41,749 nucleotides of DNA from Elusimicrobiota bacterium (GTDB lineage: Bacteria > Elusimicrobiota > Elusimicrobia > JACQPE01), in assembly GCA_016209025.1 (NCBI GenBank), contig JACQWW010000079.1:1-41749 (forward strand), read 5' to 3'. Shown here piece after piece: positions 36,396 to 41,749 of this stretch. Each line of letters begins with the position of its first letter. Position 1 is the stretch's first letter. A model generated the notes under the pieces. It did no database searches and had not been told where the DNA came from. It saw nothing but the letters and a program-made list of their open reading frames with translations. The position numbers and the translations under genes are program-made.

Positions 36396-38193
36396 GAAAG
36401 CCGCCTGGCTGAGGCTGCTTATGTTTTCGTTTTTCGCGGTTTTCGGCCTGCGTCTTTTTTTTCTTCAGGTCGTTTTCGGCCGCCATTACCGCCTTCTGGC
36501 CGAAAGAAACCGTTTTCAGATTTTTTACCGCCAAGCGCCGCGCGGAACCATTCTGGACCGGACCGGTTATCCCTTGGCATCCAATATCGGCGTTTTCAAC
36601 CTGTATTTCAACCCTAATTTCTTGGTGGAGGATGCCGAAGACCGGGTCAGGGTTATTTCCGGAATTTTAAATTTAAAGCTCGACGACTTGCGGCGCGCCG
36701 TCAAGACGGCCAGAGTCGGCCGCAAAACCAGCCTGGCGGCAAGGCAGATTTCCCCGGAAGCGGCCTTTCGTTTTTTTGAGAAGCAGGAGTCTTATCCCGA
36801 ATTTTTTCTGACCTCGGAGTCTTTGAGGTATTATCCTTTAGGGGAAGCCTTTGCCCATGTCGTCGGTTATTTGTCGCGCATACGTTCAAGGGTAGAGTTC
36901 GAAAAACTCAAAGATCAAGGCTACCGCTATGATTCATGGCTGGGAGGCTATGGTTTGGAGAAGCTTTTCGAGCAGCACTTGCGCGGCTGTGACGGGGCCG
37001 TTTTGATCGAGGTTGACGTTCATGGCCGGCCTCTGTCGCAAAGCCGTCCGGCGCAGGAGGCGAGCGGGGAAAAGCGAAGCCAGGCCGGCGTCTCCCTTGT
37101 TGAGGATTCCTATCCCGGCAATGACATGGAATTGACGATTGATCATCGTTTGATTATGGCGGCCCACCAAGCGCTCAAAGCTTCGTCTTCGGGCGCCGGT
37201 TCGGTGGTGGCCCTTGATCCGCGCAGCGGGGCAGTGCGCGCCTTGGTTTCCACTCCCGGCTTCGACCCCAACGGCTATATCCGCCTTACCCTGGAGAAAC
37301 CCGAAGTGCTTTTGCGCGCGGAATTTCCCAGGGCCCTGACCGGTCTTTATCCGCCCGGCAGCGTATTTAAAGTCATCACCGCGATCGCGGCCCTGGAAAA
37401 GGGGCTTGATCCGGCAAGGCGTTTCCGCTGCATGGGCAAATTCGCGCTTCCGGGCCGGACCTTTAAGTGTTGGAAGGAAGAAGGGCATGGGTCCCTCGAC
37501 TTCATCGAAGGAATTCGCAACTCATGCGATGTTTATTTCTATAACGCAGGGCTTTTTGCGGGCGGCGAAGCCATCAGTTCCTGGGCGCTCAAGTTTTCAT
37601 TGGGGCGTTCCATAACGGTCAAAGAATTTCCAGAGTGGTCCAAAAAGGGCTTTATTCCGACGCCCCGATGGAAGGAGGAGAAAAAAAAGGACATCTGGCG
37701 TCCGGGCGATACGCTGAATTTAGCCATCGGCCAGGGCGAGGTTCTGACGTCGCCCCTTCAGCTGGCCGCACTTTTCGCCATGCTGGCTGGCCGCGGCCGG
37801 CTGGCCCAGCCTTATATCATCGAGGCTTTGAAAAATCCGTCGGGCGGGGTTTTTTGGAGGAACAAACCCGTCCTGGCCGATGATTTTAAAATTCCGGCGG
37901 TTTCGGATAAGACATGGCAGCTACTCGAGGCGGGGCTGCGTTCCGTCGTCGTCGAGGGGACGGGCCGCGGGGCCAATATCGCCGGCTACGATATTTACGG
38001 CAAGACCGGCACGGCGCAGAATCCCCTGGGCAAAGATCACGCTCTTTTCGCCTGCTACCTTAAGGATGCGTCCGGCACGCCGCGCCTGGCCGTAAGCGTC
38101 GTGGTTGACAACGGGGGCCAGGGCTCCGTTGCCGCGGTGCCGGTTGCCAGGCGGGTGCTCGAAGAGTTCATTAAAGAGGAATTCGGTGGCTAA
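36379..38193 (+). CDS. mrdA: Penicillin-binding protein 2 (elongasome transpeptidase)
   Basis: N-terminal TM segment, 'RGTILDRTGYPLA', SxxK 'PPGSVFKVITA', 'RNSCDVYF', 'YGKTGTAQ'. Confidence 0.9.
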   Translation: MATLSEKAAWLRLLMFSFFAVFGLRLFFLQVVFGRHYRLLAERNRFQIFYRQAPRGTILDRTGYPLASNIGVFNLYFNPNFLVEDAEDRVRVISGILNLKLDDLRRAVKTARVGRKTSLAARQISPEAAFRFFEKQESYPEFFLTSESLRYYPLGEAFAHVVGYLSRIRSRVEFEKLKDQGYRYDSWLGGYGLEKLFEQHLRGCDGAVLIEVDVHGRPLSQSRPAQEASGEKRSQAGVSLVEDSYPGNDMELTIDHRLIMAAHQALKASSSGAGSVVALDPRSGAVRALVSTPGFDPNGYIRLTLEKPEVLLRAEFPRALTGLYPPGSVFKVITAIAALEKGLDPARRFRCMGKFALPGRTFKCWKEEGHGSLDFIEGIRNSCDVYFYNAGLFAGGEAISSWALKFSLGRSITVKEFPEWSKKGFIPTPRWKEEKKKDIWRPGDTLNLAIGQGEVLTSPLQLAALFAMLAGRGRLAQPYIIEALKNPSGGVFWRNKPVLADDFKIPAVSDKTWQLLEAGLRSVVVEGTGRGANIAGYDIYGKTGTAQNPLGKDHALFACYLKDASGTPRLAVSVVVDNGGQGSVAAVPVARRVLEEFIKEEFGG

Positions 38194-39494
38194 ATCCAAG
38201 GAATTTATCAGCCCGATTTTAGTCGGCCGCCTTGAAGAGGGACGCCCTTCTTTGCGCTATCAGTTCTTCGGCCTTGACGTGATGCTTGCGGCGATCTGCG
38301 CGCTTTTGCTTGGAATCGGGGCCATAGTGGTCTACACTTCGCTTTACGGCTCAACGGCTTTTGAAAGTCTATGGATGCGGCATTTGACGGCCCTGGGCAT
38401 CGCCGGCCTGGTTTGTCTGGTCATGTTTTTTTTGCCCCAATCGGCCGTGGCGGAAGCCGGCGGCCTTATTTACGGTTTTTCCATTCTGCTTTTAATCATG
38501 GTGCTTTTTTTCGGCAAGGTTATTCATGGCTCAAAATCCTGGTTTTCTATGGGGCCTTTTCAATTCCAACCCAGTGAATTCGCCAAATTCGCCGTCATTA
38601 TATATATGTCCAGCGTGACGGTGCGCGGCCGGGAAAAAGACCCCCTGCTTTCCTGGGGCTGCCGGTTTCGGGTGATCGGCCTGGCCGCCTTGGCCCTGGT
38701 CCTAGTGCTGTCCCAGCACGATGTTTCAGGCGCGATCAGCTTTTGTTTTATTGCCCTGACCTACGCCTGGCTGCTGGAGATGTTCTCAGGCCGGTTTATC
38801 GGGGCCATGGCTGTTTTTGGGATTTTGAGTTTTTTAAGCCTTCTTTGCCACATCACCGCCGGCTTGAATTTGAAAGATTCGGCGGCCCTGTCCGCTTTTT
38901 TGATTCGTTGGGGATTCGGGCCCGGCGCCGCCTTTGCCAAAGGACTTCTGTGGGCCGGCGCCATGCTGGCCTTAAGCGCAGCCCTTTACCGGCTTTTAAA
39001 AGGGCTTTTCGTCCTTTCTCCAAAAACATCGTGGCTTTGGACTCTTGCCATCGCCGCTATTCTGATCGGGTCAAACGGGGCCGGATATTTGGGCTGGAAA
39101 GCGCTCAAAGGCTATCAAAAAAACAGATTGGTCAGTTTTGTCTTTCCCCGCGCCGATCCGCTCGGCTCCGGATATAATGTGACTCAGTCAAAAATCACCG
39201 TCGGTTCCGGCGGTTTTATCGGCAGGGGCATTCTTCTCGGCAGTCAGGCAAGCCTGGGTTTTTTGCCGGAAAGGCATACTGATTTCGCTTTCGCCGCCCT
39301 GGGTTGTGGCTTTGGGACTTTTCGGCTTGTGGTTCGGCGAGGTGGCCGTCAACATTGCCTGCGTGCTGGGCCTTTTTCCGGTTTTAGGCATCGGCCTGCC
39401 CTTTATTTCTTACGGAGGATCAAGGCTGGTGATCAATGGAATGGAGATCGGACTGCTTTTGGCGATTTCAAGGGAGTTCTATGTGTACCGATAA
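38186..39494 (+). pseudogene. rodA: SEDS-family RodA, frame broken near 39300 by loss of about 36 codons (or an assembly error)
   Basis: The frame from GTG 38186 reads '...FQPSEFAKFAVIIY...GYNVTQSKITVGSGGFIGRG...LPERHTDFAFAAL' and then becomes non-homologous. The +1 frame (track ORF 39306-39494) holds the conserved C-terminus '...VAVNIACVLGLFPVLGIGLPFISYGGSRLV...'. The segment expected between them (E. coli 'AEELGLVG...RAQTTFGRVMAGG') is missing. Confidence 0.7.
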
Positions 39495-40908
39495 AAAAGT
39501 TGAAATCATTCTTGAAAAAGCGGCGGCCCTTTCCATGCGGCCTTCTCAGTATGCCGGCTGGGAAATCGGTTCAACGGCAGAGAAAACCGGGGAAGCGGCC
39601 AGGCGCATCGCCCTGGTGTGCCCTCGGCCATATGAAAAAGCCATGCAGGATGATTGCTTGCTCGATCTTTACGGCGGTCTGGCCGCCTGCTGTAGCGTAT
39701 GCCCGGAAAGAATTTTTTTACCCGGCCAGGATTACTTGGAAAAACTCGCTTTTTTCGGGGAAACCAGAAAATGGTTTTCCCTTGAAAGCAAGGCGCCTTT
39801 GGAGTTTTTTGACGATTTTATCCTTTTTCCGGGCGCCGGGGCCGACGGCGATCTTGGCCGCCCCGCTTCGCAGCCCCATTCCGGAGGTCTGGGACGTTTG
39901 GAGTCCCAGAGGGACGTGACGAGCTTCGGGGACGGATCTACGGCCGGGGGCCTTGGCCGCCGGCTTGAGCAGGCGGTTCGCGATTTGTGCCGGGATTCTC
40001 AAAAGCGGCTATGGGAAGCGGCTCTAATCAATCAAGGCGCCGGACAAAGCGGCGCTTCGGATATCATGGGCCGGCTGGGCTTGGAGGCCGGGACCGGGAA
40101 TCTTCCCCTTATCGCCTATCACAGCTGGGAAAGGACGTTTGCGGCAGCCGGTCCGGCGCAAGACGCCGGCGGCCGGCGGATTTACGCCGGGACGGCAAGA
40201 CGAACCGCTTCTTTGCGGGCACGGCTTGTGCGCCACGGCTGGTCGCGTTTCGTCTCCCACCTGGAACAGATTCAGATTTTTAAAAACGCCGTTTTGCTGG
40301 CCGGCCTGCCGGCGGCGCGAAGCCGGACGAAGAAGCCGAGGCTGAAAATGAGCTTTGGGCCGGCGGTCGGAGTCGGCTGGGAATCAAGCTCGGAATTTTT
40401 CGATATCATGCTCGAAGAGCCGGTCCAAATTGAGACTTTCAGCGAACGGCTGAAATCCTGCCTGCCGCTTGGCTATGAGCTTGGCTGGGTGGGCCGCATT
40501 CCGGTTTATTTTCCCAGTCTCGAAGAAAGCGCCAACCGGGCTGATTTTTGGATTGAGGAAAAATATGAGCCCGGAGGGGTTGATTGGCAAAGGCTTTTTG
40601 AATGGTTTCGCCGCCTTTCCCAGGAAGGCCGCGAGCCGCTGATCGTTAAAAAGGAAAAACCGGGGAAAAAAATAGACCTCATCAATGTCGCCGAAATCGT
40701 CGCCGCCGTCTCCCTGGGAATTTCGCAAAGCGGCGGCAATGTCGGGGTCAAGCTGTCTTTGCGCTATGGGCCTAAAAAAAATTTGAAGCCTGAAAAGATT
40801 TTGGAAATCAGTCTGGGATTGACGCCGGAGTTCATTGAGACCCGGTTGAGGATTTGCCGGACGGCTTTGGCCCTGGAGTCCCGCGACGGCAGACTTAGGT
40901 ATCTTTAG
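39481..40908 (+). CDS. Radical-SAM-linked protein (DUF2344/TIGR03936-like C-terminal domain) fused to a degenerate N-terminal fragment. No radical-SAM core is present
   Basis: C-terminal half 'SRFVSHLEQIQIFKNAVLLAGLPAARSRTKKPRLKMSFGPAVGVGWESSSEFFDIMLEE' resembles the DUF2344 pattern (RF[IL]SHLDL..RA.RRAGLP..YS.GF.P.PK[IM]SF..AL..G..S..E). The N-terminal ~130 aa resemble the start of the partner rSAM family ('RPSQYAGWEIG', 'CPRPYEKAM', 'FSLESKAPLEFFD'). The ATG at 39481 follows 'agggag'. Confidence 0.5.
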   Translation: MCTDKKVEIILEKAAALSMRPSQYAGWEIGSTAEKTGEAARRIALVCPRPYEKAMQDDCLLDLYGGLAACCSVCPERIFLPGQDYLEKLAFFGETRKWFSLESKAPLEFFDDFILFPGAGADGDLGRPASQPHSGGLGRLESQRDVTSFGDGSTAGGLGRRLEQAVRDLCRDSQKRLWEAALINQGAGQSGASDIMGRLGLEAGTGNLPLIAYHSWERTFAAAGPAQDAGGRRIYAGTARRTASLRARLVRHGWSRFVSHLEQIQIFKNAVLLAGLPAARSRTKKPRLKMSFGPAVGVGWESSSEFFDIMLEEPVQIETFSERLKSCLPLGYELGWVGRIPVYFPSLEESANRADFWIEEKYEPGGVDWQRLFEWFRRLSQEGREPLIVKKEKPGKKIDLINVAEIVAAVSLGISQSGGNVGVKLSLRYGPKKNLKPEKILEISLGLTPEFIETRLRICRTALALESRDGRLRYL

Positions 40909-40941
40909 TCGGACATGTCCGACGGGTCGGACAAGTCTGAC
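40908..40941 (+). repeat. Family B 9-mer array B8, 4 units (DUF2344-like gene | RNase E/G gap)
   Basis: 'gtcggacat gtccgacgg gtcggacaa gtctgac'. The first g is the last base of the upstream TAG stop. Confidence 0.9.
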
Positions 40942-40958
40942 GAGAAAAGGGGAATTTT

Positions 40959-41749
40959 ATGCCTAAAATTGAAATCATCGCCAATTGCGGGCCGGAAGAA
41001 ACGCGCATCGCCCTGGTGGAAAACGGGCGGCTGGCTGAATTTTTTTGGGAAAGGAAGGGCGCGGCCAGCCAATTTCTTGTCGGCAATATTTATTGCGGCA
41101 AAGTGGCGAACGTCCTGCCGGGAATGGACGCCGCTTTTGTCGACATCGGTCATGAAAAAAACGCCTATCTTTACATTACCGACGTCAAAGCGGCCGACCG
41201 GGGAAAGACGATTGATCAGATTTTGCAGAAGGATCAACAGGTCATGGCGCAGGTAATCAAAGAAACGATCGGAACCAAGGGCATGAAAATCACCATGAAC
41301 ATCAATCTGCCCGGGCGGTATTTCGTTTTGACGCCGTTCCAGCGGCAGATGCATTTCTCCAGGCAGCTTGCCGATTCCCGCGACGAGCAGCGTTTGATTG
41401 ATTTTGTCGGCGCTCTTTTGCCGGCCAACATGGGCTGTATCGTGCGCACCGAGGCCGAGGGCGCTTCGCATGAAGAACTCAAGCAGGAAGCCCGCTACCT
41501 TTTAAAAATCTGGGAAGGCATTCATAAAAAATTCGAGCATTCGAACGGCCCGCGCCTGCTTTATAAGGAGCTGGATTTGGCGCATTCGGCGGCGCGCGAC
41601 ATGCTCAACCATGATGTTTCCGTTTTTTTAGTGGACCATCCTGATGTTTTCCGGGACCTGGAGAATTTTATCGACGAGGTCGCTCTTCATGTAAAAAACA
41701 GGCTTGTCCTGTTTAATGAACGTCCGCCGATTTTCAGCGCCTTCGGCAT
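40959..41749 (+). CDS. Ribonuclease E/G family protein (Rne/Rng/CafA), 3' end beyond the window
   Basis: Hand translation from the ATG at 40959 gives 'MPKIEIIANCGPEETRIALVENGRLAEFFWERKGAASQFLVGNIYCGKVANVLPGMDAAFVDIGHEKNAYLYITDV...GTKGMKITMNINLPGRYFVLTP...GCIVRTEAEGAS' (S1 domain plus RNase E/G catalytic-domain start). The frame is open to the window end, so it is missing from the ORF track. Confidence 0.88.
   Translation, partial: MPKIEIIANCGPEETRIALVENGRLAEFFWERKGAASQFLVGNIYCGKVANVLPGMDAAFVDIGHEKNAYLYITDVKAADRGKTIDQILQKDQQVMAQVIKETIGTKGMKITMNINLPGRYFVLTPFQRQMHFSRQLADSRDEQRLIDFVGALLPANMGCIVRTEAEGASHEELKQEARYLLKIWEGIHKKFEHSNGPRLLYKELDLAHSAARDMLNHDVSVFLVDHPDVFRDLENFIDEVALHVKNRLVLFNERPPIFSAFG

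Noticed and set aside
38105-39919. A 604-aa ORF that looks like one large gene
   Set aside because: Only the part from GTG 38186 to about 39300 is RodA-like. After the frame break it reads out of frame through the rodA 3' end and the next gene

Overview
The whole 41.7 kb window is transcribed on the + strand. It starts inside a 23S rRNA gene (5' end cut by the window edge), followed by 5S rRNA and a small outer-membrane-like ORF. Then comes an almost complete ribosomal super-operon: rplJL-rpoBC, the str operon (rpsL-rpsG-fusA-tuf), S10, spc and alpha. After that come mreB-mreC-mreD-mrdA-rodA, a radical-SAM-linked (DUF2344-like) gene and the 5' part of an RNase E/G gene. There is no rplK/rplA upstream of rplJ and no rpmD (L30). 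S14 is the short zinc type. The EF-Tu switch-I sequence resembles what I recall from PVC-group bacteria (Planctomycetota/Omnitrophota-like), but that is only an inference.

The gene content is ordinary. The non-coding sequence is not. (1) The 23S gene carries three near-identical ~140-nt structured insertions, plus a truncated copy in the 23S-5S spacer and a 95-nt perfect duplication of rRNA sequence beside the first insertion. (2) At least 18 intercistronic gaps are filled by hairpin-forming elements whose arms are tandem 7-, 8- or 9-nt units. These fall into several families with unrelated sequence but the same architecture. They often begin on the stop codon of the upstream gene, and some carry a conserved Shine-Dalgarno module for the downstream gene. 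(3) Four highly conserved genes (rpoB, rplD, mreB, rodA) each appear to lack an internal segment of about 70-110 nt. This breaks the frame in mreB and rodA. It could be real gene decay or an assembly artefact, and the sequence alone cannot tell which.

All rRNA helix assignments and protein comparisons were made by eye against remembered reference sequences. No alignments or folding were computed.
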